Positions 12,003 through 25,163 of a stretch of DNA of 64,000 nucleotides are shown here, piece by piece. This DNA is from Vicugna vicugna (lineage: Eukaryota), in the NCBI GenBank assembly GCA_013265495.1, contig MU061579.1:482872-546871 (forward strand). Direction: 5' to 3'. The stretch's first letter is position 1. Every line of letters begins with the position of its first letter. The translations under genes and the position numbers were made by a program. The notes beneath the pieces are model-generated. The model was not told where the DNA came from. It worked only from the letters and a program-made list of their open reading frames with translations, and did not search any database.

Positions 12003-13975
12003 AACACATTTCTACCATTTTTAGGTTTCTCTGTCCCTAACCCTAACCAATTATCCCTAACTCTAAAACCAACATTTTCATGTAAACTGTTGAATCTGAT
12101 CATAGAAAGTAAAATGAGTTTGTTTCTCACTACTAAACTTATTAGAGTATATTAAGGAATCTTATATCATTTACATATTTTAATTTTTTAAGTATTTTTA
12201 GCAAGAAAATGTAATCTAGCTGGCAGTTGGAAATTAATACTTCGGCTCTTGATCTTGAGGCAAATGAATTAAGTTTTTCACAAAGAAAACTATTGAATAC
12301 AAATCCTTGGCATAAACAAACTTTCATTTTCATACCATTAATGCTCAACAACAAAAACAATAGAATAATACATTACTTCTAGAGGGTTTTGCATATACCA
12401 CTACTTAAATGTTTGTTGAAGGGAAGAAGGGAGGGAGGAAGGAAGAAAAGGAAGAAAAAAGGAAAGACGGATAAAAGCTAAAAAGAAAGAAAAGATGTAT
12501 TTTATAATCTGTAAAAGTACCTATTCTAGGAAATGTCTGCTGAGAGCTGGGCATAGAAAAGATATAAAAATAAAACTTATGGCAAAATTCTGCAGACACC
12601 TTTTCCTGATGCTTTACCTTTTTAATTCTTTTTATCTCGCTAGTGGTTCACAAGGAGATTTCAGGGAAGGTAATCGATCTTTTTGTTGTTGTTGTTTCGA
12701 TTGACAAGGCCCATGGGAGGAAAAGATTTCTGAAAGAGAAAAACATATATATAATTCAGATTGAGGTTGAAATGTATAATAATAACAATAATAATAATAA
12801 TATATTTGTACTGCAGTTCATAATACCCTTAGTGCCTTTATAGGCATATACTCATGAAATAACCTACGTAAAAGTTTAACACAATCTATGTGCTCAGGTG
12901 GCACCTGCTCAGTCTCCTTTATTGCCTCTTTCATGTCAATTCATTTCCTATTTTTGGAAGATGCTTGGGTGTGATTTTCTGCCTCAACACTGTATTTCAC
13001 TGAACTAACTCATATGGCTTAAACATGACTGAAGTCACAGCAAGTAAAGCTCTGTAACTAACACAGATTTTTGTTTGCATGTAGGAAATGTGCTCCTCTG
13101 GGACAAAATCACAGATGCACAAATGCTTGGAGCCCTCCGACTTCTCCCAGGAGGGCTGGCTTGCACTTCCAGGAGGCATTTCTCAGGGTGGAGGGAGGGC
13201 TTTTAACAAGATGTGCTTAACCTCTGCTTTTGCTCAGAGTGTGGCTTTAAGCACCAGCTTTTCTCTGTCTACTGTAGACGCTCCTTGGCTCAACCACTGC
13301 CCAGGGAGCAATATTCCTATTTACCAAAGAAGGTAATAGTGTAAATCAAATGATTGTTGTAACTGTCTAGATGGACTATTGTCTCATGCTGGGCCACTGG
13401 AAATCCATATTACCTGCCAGATCACACCCAAGTAACTCATATTATCCTTTTTTTTTTCCCCTGAGTTGAAACCCTTGCCTTAACTCCTCGCTCTAAAGCT
13501 ATGCTGACATAATAAAGAGTACTTGATATAAGCACTTCTCCTCGCTCTTGTGTGAGGGAAGGCAGCATGCAGGCTACGAATACTGGTAATATTAATGTGA
13601 TTTTGCACAAAAAACAGGATGCAGAAGCCACCAAATGCCTGTAGGAACTAGAGGAAGGTTGTTGGAGTTTTGTGGCTTAAACCAAAAGTGTTGCTGGGAT
13701 ACCACGAATCCAGCACCGTGATTTCCGGTGGGAAAAACAGACAGGCCAGTCTGCCCTCACCAAATGGCTCGGAGGCCTAGAGCATCCATCCGAAGCTGCT
13801 CCTAAAACACTTCACTGAGACCAGGAATCTTTTCGGTTGACTGAGATGCTTTCCTCTACAAAGCAGAATAAATACAGCTGCCGGTCCACTAGCCCATCGG
13901 GTCATCTGTGGTGATGTATTTCTCCCTTCTATAATGGAAGCTGTGGGCTCCTCTTCAGAAAGCCACTGTAGTTCT

Positions 13976-14098
13976 ACTAGAATAGCATCTCCACGAGAGC
14001 AGACGAGTGGTCTGTTTGGTTTACTGCTGCATTCCCAGGGTTTACAACAGCACCTGGCATATGAGAGGAGGTTAATACATGTGTGTTAGATGAATAAC
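13976..14098 (+). mobile_element. L2 3' end
   Basis: 'ctccacgagagcag...aacagcacctggcata...gatgaat'. Confidence 0.7.
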
Positions 14099-14447
14099 TT
14101 CTGTCAGGTCTAAAGTGTCCTTATCCAAAATCTGTTATGAATTTTGAGTAATTGATACTTATCCTAAAATACATACTTGACTCACCCTTTAGAACAGACT
14201 ATAAAATATTCACAATGCGATCTGAATAAAGAAGATGTGATAATTGAATTATTTTATCCATGATTCAAATGGTAGGTGTTTTCTCCATATTTCTTATTTG
14301 CTGAGCACTGTGCACGCTGCTGACAGCTGCGATAGAAATATTAAACTTGGTCCCTGCAGTATGTAACTTAGATTTCAATTGCAAATATAGGGATGAAACT
14401 TGAAATGTATTGGGATAAATAAAGACTATTTTTTAATAAATGCCTAA

Positions 14448-14776
14448 TGTAAGGCATAGATTAGTATGGCTGATCTGAGAAAAAGCCATTTGGGTTTTTC
14501 TCTCAAGGAAGGACTTGTCCCAGCTACTGGGAATGTGGTCAGCAGACAGCCTCCAGCTGCTGGTCCTTGAGTTTGCCTAAGGGTTTGTCTCAACTGCAGA
14601 GAGACTGCTCACTGGGAGGTTTCTCTATTGCTTTGGCCACTCACGTCTGGTGACTGCATGAGTCAAGCGCAGAAATATTGGGCATTTTGGCCCAACGTTG
14701 GCCAGTGCTCACTCCACGTTCTCCCCAGAGGCTGACCAAGGCTTTTCTGGGCCTGCACAGCAATTCAATTTCTTCA
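14448..14776 (+). mobile_element. ERVL LTR fragment, LTR16A/B-like
   Basis: 'cagcagacagcctccagctg', 'cattttggcccaac', 'ggctgaccaaggctt'. Confidence 0.6.
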
Positions 14777-14929
14777 CATAAACTGTGGCCTTCAGAATAG
14801 CTAGAGGATAAAAAGATAACAGATTGAAAAAAAATAAAAGATAAAAGAAGATAAAAAGAAAAAAATTGGTAGTATGAAAAGCCAATGGACTTGGCAACGA
14901 GAGCATTGATGGGGAAGCGATATTAAGAA

Positions 14930-15172
14930 AATAATGGTTAAAGCTATGCATTGAGCAGACTCTGTGCCTTGCCCTGTGCTAACTGGTTTACACAGTTTAT
15001 ACATATTATTTCATTTAATATCTGAAGCAACACAGTAAGTTAGGCATTAACACCCATGTTTTATGGATTAGGAAAGTTACGCACAGAGAAGACAAAAATT
15101 TTCCTATGTCAGTGAGTGGCAGAGTTGTTTTTTAAACCTGGTTTGATGAACTCAGACAATTCTTTTAACTAG
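14930..15172 (-). mobile_element. MIR SINE
   Basis: 'cattgagc...ctgtgcta...tattatttcatttaat...agtggcagag'. Confidence 0.7.
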
Positions 15173-15555
15173 TTTTAAGTTCAATTTGGAAGCAGTAACC
15201 AGATCATTTAAAGGGTAACAGTTATTAATAGACTGTCTAGAAAAGGGGTTTAAAAAAGCCTTGGATGTGGGCTTCTCTCTTTTCATACCCTCGCCTCTCA
15301 CATCCTTATAACATAGGAGCTTGTAATTGGGTTAGCATCTTCCTCTGGATACTTTCTTTCTACTTCTAGACCTAGACTATTTCTTGCAAAAAACCTTTTG
15401 ACAATTACATCTCCTAATGATACCAATTCTATCCCATCCTCACAACTTTTGCTTCCTTATAAACTTTGGCACCTGGATCATAAGTTAACTTCAACCCTTT
15501 TCTTTAATGATGGGCAACATTAAGATCTGCACAAAGGGACCATTTGAAAGTGTGT

Positions 15556-15784
15556 ATGGAATCTAAAAATAAAAGACAAATGAACTTATTTGCAAAACAG
15601 AAACAGACTCACAGCCATAGAAAACAAACTTATGGTTATGGGGTTGGGAAGGGGAAGTGGGTGGGAATGGATACATTGGGAGTTTGAGATTTACAGTTAC
15701 TAACTACTATATATAAAATAGATAAACAACAAGGGGACAACATTGTAAACTGACTATACTTCAATTTGAAAAAATCAAAAAAAA
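15556..15784 (+). mobile_element. Short L1 3' UTR insertion with internal deletion
   Basis: 'ggaatctaaaaa...aaacagactcacag...gggagtttgagattt...aactgactatacttcaat' plus A-tail; lacks the central 3' UTR block seen in sister copies. Confidence 0.9.
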
Positions 15785-17714
15785 TGAGTGTGGGTTTCCT
15801 TAACCTTGTATCTTCAACCACTTTCTGCTCTTTTCTACTTAAACAATCTATTCTTAGGATAACATACTAAACTATCTCATGGTCCAGAGATGTGACATCT
15901 TTCATATCTCAAATTTTGATATTTCTCTGATTGATTCTTAATAACTACTCGTTCAAAATCCCCACTTCTCCCACTGAGGTTGGTGTTCGGCTGAATATTG
16001 CCAAAACAGCACTTTACTTTCCTGCCTTCACTATTATAGAATTCCATCTGACTTCATTTTCCTTCCAATTTAACAAAGAAACTTGGCTTAATCATTTCAA
16101 TGATACTCTTATTAACATCCTTTATTATTATATTTTTAATGCCTGTATTTCTTATATGCAGGCTCTAAATTGCCAGTGCTGTGTCAACCAACTATACTTA
16201 TTATCTGTGGTACAAGGAAGAGGCCAATCTGAAAACAACCCTCACTCGAGGTTTACCAGAAGAGCGAGCTATCCGGACTCTTTCTCCAAGTAAAAGAGAT
16301 GCTCTCAAGCTAGATTTTGCACGGAGTCAACGTTTGTCTCCTCCTCCAGATGACAGGACCACAACTTTCCATGGGCCCTGGTCTCTACGTGCTAGATGCC
16401 TGGCATTCTCAGATAATTTCTAGAAGTAGCTGCTCCCAAACCCAGATTGCTTTTCACCACAATGGTTATTTTACTTCCAAGGATCTACAAATAGAAAAAG
16501 CAATAGCATGTGGGTGTTATGTGATATTTCTAATATCTATAGTTATTCTTATTATTTTGAAAGTAGACCCAAGGCTTCTGGGGCAGGGAGGGAGAGATTA
16601 TAATTATTACAGCAATAACCACATTGATTCCTCGTTGGCTCAATTCTTTTCTCTTTCAGAGCAATGTGATGAGAGTCAGTGTCACCCTGCATGTCCTGGG
16701 GCCTGTATGGCAGAAGAGAAAGCCTGAAAATATGAATCTGGCACATTAATCACATCTTGCCTCCTTCACCTCTTGAAAGAAGGAGAGAACTTTAATCTCT
16801 CTAATGTAAACAAATTCTCCTGGGGAAGAAAAGGATAAAGACCTGGGTTCTTGAATTCTGGAATGGAAATCAATGTTTGCAAGGGAAAATATGACAAATT
16901 TGCAGGTTTACAACCCCTGAAATTTCTCCATGGCTTCTGAGGCGAGATAAGTTTTACTATCATTTGAACAGGAGTAGATGGCTCGAGATCTAACATGCTT
17001 AAAAAGATGAAGAACTCATACGTCTGGGGTAAAGGAGACGTCCTCTAACATATCAGTTTATGTAACTCAAGAAGCCAAAATGTAGAAAAATGTTTTTAAA
17101 AAAATCTCTAAATTCCTGAAATATTCAGTAACATAAGTACATTCTTAGGGTCCAAATACACCTGATCCCACTCACATAAGGGAAGAGCAGCAAACTCATA
17201 ATCTCTCTTGCTAATTTTAAACTTTGGAGACTCTCTAATGAAATCTGTTTCATATCCCATTCCACGTGATACAATGGAAGTTATCCAGAGCTTAGTTCCC
17301 TAAATGTGGTCACTATGAAGAATCAATCTTGCACACATTCTTTTCTGGATTTCCTACCCCCACATTATCTGGTATTTTTCACCAGCTGGTCTCTCGACAT
17401 TGCTCAGCAAGGATTTTGCTCAGGTTTAAACAACTGCATTTCTGATTCCCTAATAAAGCCTGTTTTGTAAGCTCAAAAATCCTCTAAATTTCAGCAGTAT
17501 TTTAGGCATAATAAATTCCTTCCCCTTTTTATCACACATACACACACACAATTATCAATACTCTTATCTCTCCATCCTTTCATCATTACTCAGCTCCAAT
17601 ACTAAGCCTTCCACTATCCCCTTGATCCTAACTCCATCTACCAGATCCAGAAGCATCACAATAAAGATCATGTTTTCTTGCTCTAACAAAGTTGCATTTA
17701 AATATCCTTCCTGC

Positions 17715-17840
17715 AATTGTGAGCTAGGTGATCTTGGTCATATAATAAATGGTTCAGTTTCCTCTATGGAAAACTGAAGGTATTAATCTTCAGTTTTCTT
17801 CCGGAGGACAGTTAAAAGAGATAATGTATGTAAAGTGCAT
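17715..17840 (+). mobile_element. MIR fragment
   Basis: 'gtgatcttgg...cagtttcctc...gagataatgtatgtaaagtgc'. Confidence 0.65.
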
Positions 17841-18009
17841 GTCCTTCACCTACCTTAACCTCACCAGAAAAAAGAAAAAGACAAGAAAAGAAAGTCCTTA
17901 ATAAGACAGTTTCCCTTAATAGATAATTTTCTGGCTCATACCACTCTCCAGTTGTGTAACTCCTTCCGTTCTGTCTTTTCTTTTCATTGCTAAGCCCCTT
18001 GAAAACCTA

Positions 18010-18290
18010 ATATTTATTTGCTCGCTTTTCTCACTGCACTCAGAGCCTCATCTCCAACTCTTTCCTCCTCCCATTGTTTTGTGCTCAGTCATGACTTTCT
18101 AATGACTGAATTCACATGAACTCTTCTCAGTTCACAACGTATTTTACCATTCTGTAATATTTACAGGCAGAGCCCATATTGTCTTAAAACCATGCTTTCC
18201 CAAGTTTTCCGAGAGCATATTCTCTTCGAATTCTTCATCTACTTCATTGAGCTCTCTTTGTCATCCTCTTTGGTCGGCTACTTTCCCTTG
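18010..18290 (+). mobile_element. L2 fragment
   Basis: 'tgactttctaatg...cttctcagtt...tctcttcgaattcttcatctacttc'. Confidence 0.55.
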
Positions 18291-19536
18291 TATATATGTG
18301 TCTCCTGGAAGCGTTGTCTTCCTGGTTTATCCCTTGCTGCAGTCGATGTCTGTAAGCTAATCACTAACAACAAGTCTCCTCTTTCCTGGACTTAAAAATG
18401 TCCCTCTGCACATACTTTTTGTTTGTTGTTTTGGTTTGCCCATCTGGCAAATTATTGGTTGTAACATCACTTTCAACCCTAACTAGGTAACCCCAAATCA
18501 AATGTATAACTTTAAGTGATAAAACTCTTTTATCAAAGGATTTCCTGTGTAACCCAATTGAATGAAGAAATAAACACGGGGGAAGAGAAAAAATGAGCAG
18601 CACAGAAGAAAACAAGCATAATTCTATAGTCTACCCTCTGAGTGCGCTGGATTGCTATGTGTGTGCTTGTTTTGTAAAATTGCAAGAAAAAGAAGCAGTG
18701 TTCTTTATCATATTCATAATATCTTTAGCCTTTTATCTTTAAAAAGTCTTCTGAAAAGGCTCTCCGAGTTCATAAGGTGTTAAAGCAACACTCTACCATT
18801 CACTCAAGAGCAAAATGAGTGCCTAGGAAAGGAAAAAAGAGCATGTTTTTGACTTGACTTTTCCTGAAAAAAAAATTGTCCCTAAAATGTCACAAGCACA
18901 TAAATGCATATCCCTGACTCTGAAGAGGTCTTATTCATTGTTCCCCCAATTTGCATCTGTTTGACTAGTTTTATGAATTCTTAATTAAGCCTTTGTTCAC
19001 AGAAAAGTAATATTTGGTGAATCTAATTATTTCTTGATTTGATATAAGTTAGAAAAAAACCTTGCCTCTGTTTTCCCTCTCCTCCTTTTCCTCACACCTG
19101 AGCTTCCATCTTCATATGACACAGTCAGTATTGCCTGAAAACTATTTCTTCTACTAAGGCTGTCTTTGCCCACATCAACGTCTGGTGCCACACTTCTGGC
19201 CACTCTGCATTTTATCCTGTGTTCTGCTCCCTGGTCCTTCTGTGACCCCAGCCTTCCGGCCTCTCCAACAGCTCCCACTGAGTAGCTCACAGCTTTTCTC
19301 ACTTCTCCCACACACAGCCACCTCCTGGCACAATCTTCCTTCAAGGGCTTAGAGCTGCTACTAAGAAACAGAAACTTATACAAGTGAATAAAAACAACAA
19401 CACAAACCCTATAGCTGTGCACTAGAGGACAAATCAGATGTTCCTATGCAATAACCTTTAATTTTTTAAAGATCTTCAGAGAGTAGACTTGTGTCTTCAG
19501 CTAGCAATCAAATAAAGGGAGATACCACATCTGAGA

Positions 19537-19900
19537 TGGCTTTGCTACTGCTCTTTTCTCTGCCCGGAATGATTTTTCCTGAGATATCTCTTTGGTTGAT
19601 GCCTTCACTTCCTTCACTCAGATCTCAGCTTATCAGTGAGATCTACTGTGAACACCTTATTTAGTGCTTCAACCTCTTCCACCTGTCCCCTCTGGCATTC
19701 TGGGTTATCTTTACCTTGCTCTGTTTTTATTTATTTTCCCATGGGACTTAAAATCTGATCACATATTAGATCATCAGTTTACTATATTTTTCATCCTTAT
19801 TTTTAATTCTTCAGCTCCAGCAAGGCAGAGACTTTTGTAGAATTCCAAACACATAGATCCTGGCAGCAGCGGACATTTAAAAAATACTCTAATAATGAAT
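19537..19900 (+). mobile_element. L2 3' fragment
   Basis: 'ggctttgc...ctctgcccggaatg...cacttccttca...aggcagagactttt'. Confidence 0.7.
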
Positions 19901-20034
19901 GTAAGAGAAGGAAGGAAGGAGTAAGGAACCTAGGGAGGGAGGGAAGGATAGGAGGAAGGAAGGAATGAAGGATAGTAATTAGAAGCCAAATAAAGGATTA
20001 ATTCTCTCTTTCTGCAACTTTAATGCATATTTAT

Positions 20035-20460
20035 TTCAGTTCAGTTCAACGAGGGTTTACTGAACACCACTATAATTTAACTATTACTGAGTGTTACAAT
20101 ACATAGATAAATTCACCCTCAGTTAAAGGAGCTTGTAATGATTTGGGAATACGACCATCTTTTCATAATGCAGGGAAGTATTATAGATGTTGGAATATTG
20201 TGTGATGGGAATGCTGTGCTAGATTTGCACTTTAAACCCATCCTTGTTGCTTCTTGATAATCCAGTGGCAAGGATGGGGGTGCTGTGTGAAGTACAACAA
20301 TAGAGGCTTTGAGACCAGTCAGGAGGCTCATGCAATAGTCAGGTTAAAGAGGATGTGTGCCTGAACTACAGCAATGGTGACATCGACAGGAAGGCAGGGA
20401 TGGACCTCTGAAGTATTTGGGAGATAACATCAGAGGAACAGGATGAATGGTTAAGGATGA
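20035..20460 (-). mobile_element. L2 fragments
   Basis: 'tttactgaacacc', 'gagaccagtcaggaggct...gcaatagtcagg...gcctgaacta'. Confidence 0.6.
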
Positions 20461-20989
20461 GAGATTTGCTGGTAGTAAGGTGTGGATTTCAGAATAAGCG
20501 AATTAAATTGATTCAGCATTATGACAACTATTATTTAATACAGTTACATGACAGTAGAAGGGATACCCAATCCGGTGATCACAGCAAAGGAATCAGGAGA
20601 ACATGATACTGAGAAACCCCAATTTGGGGTGTTCCTAGTGTTTCCAGCCGCTGAAAGTTAACTGATATTATCAGAGCCAGGCATCGGGAAGGAGTCAGGG
20701 GACGCATCAGCTCAAAGAGCCAACAGTTATTCAGTTTTGTTCTGTATGTTTACTTATTTGATTTGCCCTAAGACAAGTTACTAATATTTTTTTTTAAATT
20801 TCAGAGAGTGGTAAGAAAGGAGAATATGCCAATTCAGTCCATTTTCTATGAAAACAAAGATTTAGAAAATAAGTTGAGAAAAATGCATGAAAAGTGTTGC
20901 ACTTACTTAAAACAAGAATGCCATGGAAAGGTCTGACATATTAATACATGATTTAACAAGTATCTGTTAGTGTCATAGTGCATAATTCA

Positions 20990-21345
20990 TCACTCCATGT
21001 GGATGGGCACATTATCTTGTTTGTCCCTCTGACTCTAGGATCTAGCCCAGGTCTTGGCAGTATTGGATCTCAATAAATCTTCTTTTGATGGCTGAACAAA
21101 TGAATGAATAGAAAGATTATTAACAACATGGGCTTAGGAACCAGAGAGAAATGTTTTAACTCCTAGAACTGCCACCTTGAGAGAGCTACTTTATTTTCTG
21201 AATTCAGTGTCCTCATATGTAAAATAGAAATAATAATAACTCTACCTCATAGGGCTGCTGACATTTAAAAATAATAATAATTATTTAAAACACTTAGCAT
21301 AGTGACCAGCATGTAGTGTGTGTTCAATAAGTGTTAATAATTACT
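20990..21345 (+). mobile_element. L2 3' end (to ~21108) followed by MIR (~21115-21345)
   Basis: 'ctcaataaat...aatgaatgaa', then 'cagtgtcctcatatgtaaaatag...ctacctcatagggctgctg...aaacacttagcatagtg'. Confidence 0.8.
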
Positions 21346-24300
21346 ATAATGTTTCTGTTTGTGTGCCAGGTGGATTTTAAGCCACAAATAAATTTGAATT
21401 TTTAAAGCAGCCTTCAAAATCGTGACCATTATTGTGTACTCAGTAAGCCAGAGGGCAAATCCCTTGAACCGAATCTCAGTGAGGAAAACAGATCTTCAAC
21501 CCCTTTTCCTATAAACCTTCAGTTGCATTATTTCACCATTTTTTCTCTTTTTTGACTACTCTTAATCAAAGATAAGAAATATGTCATATAATTAAATGCT
21601 TAAAAATGAAACCATTTGCCTTATAATGGAAAGTGCTGAGAAATGACTAGCCATATTTTAAAAATAGTTTATTCTTTTAGAGAATATGTTTGAATTATAT
21701 TTATGTAACGAATATATTCAGTGGTTTTTAGAAACTTAGAGGTGTCTTAGAAGTGTAGTGGAAGTTTCATTGTACTCCCTGGAAACTGATGGGATCCTAT
21801 GTAGCAAATGTTGTAGGTTTAGTGCTCTTAAGGAATGTTCCACAATCACAAAAAGCCCAGGACCGATTCTTGCTGTTGATGAGATGGATAAAAACTACAT
21901 GATCAGGTACCATCTTCCTTTTAAGAAGTCTTATCATCCATTAACAAGGCAGGTCTGGAGGAGAACATAAGAGAAACTGTAGTGTTAGACTCACTGACCA
22001 CCTAGTGGCTCAAATACAAGATCTAGACTAAGAAATATAGAAGGCACCAGGAGCTTCAGTAAAGGGAATAAAACCTAGCGATCCAAATGGATTCATAAGA
22101 ACAAGTCCTGTTTTTTTATTCATTCATCCATTCAGGCCCTTGGTTATTTGGTCAGTTATGCCACCCATGCTAATTAAATGCCAAATATGTGCCAGGCCTC
22201 TGGCCAGCTGCTGCCAATGATTGATAATGGTTATGAGGTCTTCTATCCAGTCAACAAATTAATGCAGTCATCCACCTATCTTGACTCTTCTGTGAAGTTG
22301 TGAATAGCTACCTGATTACTAGTGTTAACTACATGACTAAATTCGGAATCCCGAAAAGCAATAGTTAGTTTTGTTTTTGCCAAAAAACAAACAAAATAAT
22401 ACACGATACACTGGGAATAGATACTCAAGCAGAGAAATTTCCCCTGAGTGTGATAGAGGGCTATTCTAAATCAATCAATCAATAGAGTTGGAAATGAATT
22501 ATGTTTAGGCAGCATTGCCTACAGGCAAGAAAACTTTCCTGAAAGACATTTCCGTAAAAATTCCCTTTGCTCCTATGGATGATTGATTTTAAAACCAGAC
22601 ATTAGCATTCCAGTAGAATATTTTTTAAGGTAGTGTTTTGCCAAGAATTGTAAGGAAGGTTACTAAGGCCACCCATGTGTATTGCAACCACTTGATGTTT
22701 ATAATTCCCACTCAGGCTTCAACTGTAGCTAGGAAAACATTCTTATTGATCAGATTATCATCCTGTTTTTCCCCGACAGACATGGGGTTCAGAATTAGGA
22801 TACTTCTCAACACAGCAGAGTTAAGGTAAGTCCTATTTGTCTCTCTTAGTTCAATAAATAGATGGGCTGACTAGTGATCTGGAATGTTTATGTTATTGAT
22901 ATAATTCATCATTAATTTTGGTGATACCTCATCAAGATAAATGAGCTTATATATTTAATATAAAGAGTCATGTAAAATTCCTTGTTCAGTACTTTGAAAA
23001 TTAATAATAAGTGCAATTTTTGATAGATTATATCAACAGCCATGTTACAATGGGCGAACATTTAAGTTAGAATGAATGTCAGAAGCAATGACTTGACTAA
23101 AATGTTTGCTATTTTTATATAATCCGTTAAGTCTTTGATTATTTGAAAAGCATAAGAAAATGAGTTGAATAATATATGCAAATTCTCTTGTCCTTCTCAA
23201 AGGAAAGATAAAATGTAAAGCTTGGAATTAATTCTTTCAAGCATTATGTTTCCTACATAACTAACTTTTCAGTGCTAAAATGTATTTACTTCAATAAAAC
23301 ATGACTGTCTAAATGAAAGGATAAATCTTTAAAACATAAATACCAAATTTCTGTGGTTAACATTCAGTAATTTCTAAGAAAAATTTTGACAAATCCAATG
23401 GACTGTAGTCAGAAAACAAATCTATTATATAACTTCACTCAAAACTGATGAAATATTAGAAATTCAAGTGAAAAATAAATATAAATCCTAGCTTGGAAAT
23501 AGTTACATTTCAAAATGGGAGTGGGGGGGAACTGCATATATATAGTCAATTAACCAATCAAAGTGAATATGTTACAGTTATTCTGTGTCATGCATGACAA
23601 AGTAGAGGTCAAAAGCTGCTTAAATCAATGGAAGAAACATATAGTAAAGGGTCAGATTCATATATTTCATTCTCAGGTAGGCGATCCTGGAACAATATTC
23701 ATAAAATACTTACATATGATATATAGTGTTGTTCTTCCTTAATAAATGCCTTTCAGTTAGAAAATTATAGCTACTTTAATTGCATTTACTGTAAACTCTA
23801 GACACTTGAAAAACATGCAGAGAGGTTATCAACTAGTGGGAGAGATTCTAATACGGAGCTTAGAAGAAACTGGTTATCTGCTTGGAAGTTCAGTTTTTCT
23901 AAGTCTGTCTTAGCCTAGATGCATATTAAAATAGAAGAATGCACAGCATTAGATTTAGGAAAAATTCTCTTAATCAGCAATTTTGGAGGAGAAGCCTAAT
24001 AATCTACATTTCTTAGGTGTATCTGATGTAATACTGATGAATAACGAACTTTGAGAAATCCTGATATAAAAGTTTGATGAGAAGATCTGGGTACTGAGTA
24101 GAAATGCTGTCACCAAACTGGGACAAGCTACTCCCCTGCTAGGGTCCTTAGTTTATTTATCTATAAAATAAGGGTGTTGGGCTAAGTAGGATCTGCAGAC
24201 ATCTCGCAACACTTAAATGGATTATGGAGACTGTTGTGTCTATCGTGACAAACATTGCTAATAATGAGGTAGAATAGAATAGAAAAGACAGTACCATAGG

Positions 24301-24981
24301 GCATTACACATGCTAAATGTAACTGCTGTATTGTGAAACTTTTTTTGGTTGTTTGTATATATGTACACTGGGATATGATTTTGTTTACAGTGAGTTATGG
24401 TCAATTATTCAAGAACACTTGACTAGATGACTTCTAAAATTTCTTTCATTTGAAAATACTAAAAATATGATATTTCTTCCCCTGGGCTAGGGACTTCAAG
24501 GGCAGAATCACTGAAGTGTTTAAAGAGGAAAATCAATCTACACATCACTTCTATGTCTAATATGTTTTAAAGGAAATCAAGTAGAAAACTGCAAACATTA
24601 GTATGATTTTAAAAATATTGCCCCATACAAGGTCAATATAGTTCTGTGTGCTAGAAATAACAAATGAAAAAAAAATCTAAGGAATAAATATTATCTATTT
24701 TAATAGTAAATGAAATATGAAACATTCATGAATATACAGGGCTTTATACAGATATTATTTAAGTTAAAATAACCATTTTTAAGACAAATAAGAACAATAA
24801 AATAAAAACACATAGGAACATATGAAAATGTCTAGTGCTAATTTTTGTTAGAACATGAATGAAGCAACAATTCAAATAGATCAGAAATCAGTGGAACAGA
24901 AAGTCAAGAAATAAACACGTAACACATACACAAATACATGCATAGAGGATTTAATAAAGAATGTATGGTACCATTCTGAAG

Positions 24982-25163
24982 CAGTGATTCTCAGCCTTAG
25001 CTGTGCGTTATAATCACCTGGGGAGGTTTAAGAAGTACTGATGCCTGGATGCCAACCCCAGAGATTCCAATTTAATTGCTCTGGGGTGTGGCCTGGGTAC
25101 TGGGAGTTTTAAAATCCCCCCAACTAATTATATATAATATTCAACCAAAGTTGAGAATTATTG
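24982..25163. mobile_element. MER5A-like hAT-Charlie MITE
   Basis: Terminal inverted repeats cagtgattctca / tgagaattattg; internal 'aatcacctgggga', 'ccccagagattc'. Confidence 0.9.

Noticed and set aside
16317..16727. 136-aa ORF with a hydrophobic stretch and Cys-rich end (QCDESQCHPACPGAC)
   Set aside because: Non-ATG start, no family I recognise, no donor defining a coding exon; only the acceptor near 16659 is notable
19027..19422. 131-aa minus-strand ORF
   Set aside because: Non-ATG start, no recognisable domain or splice framework; consistent with a chance ORF
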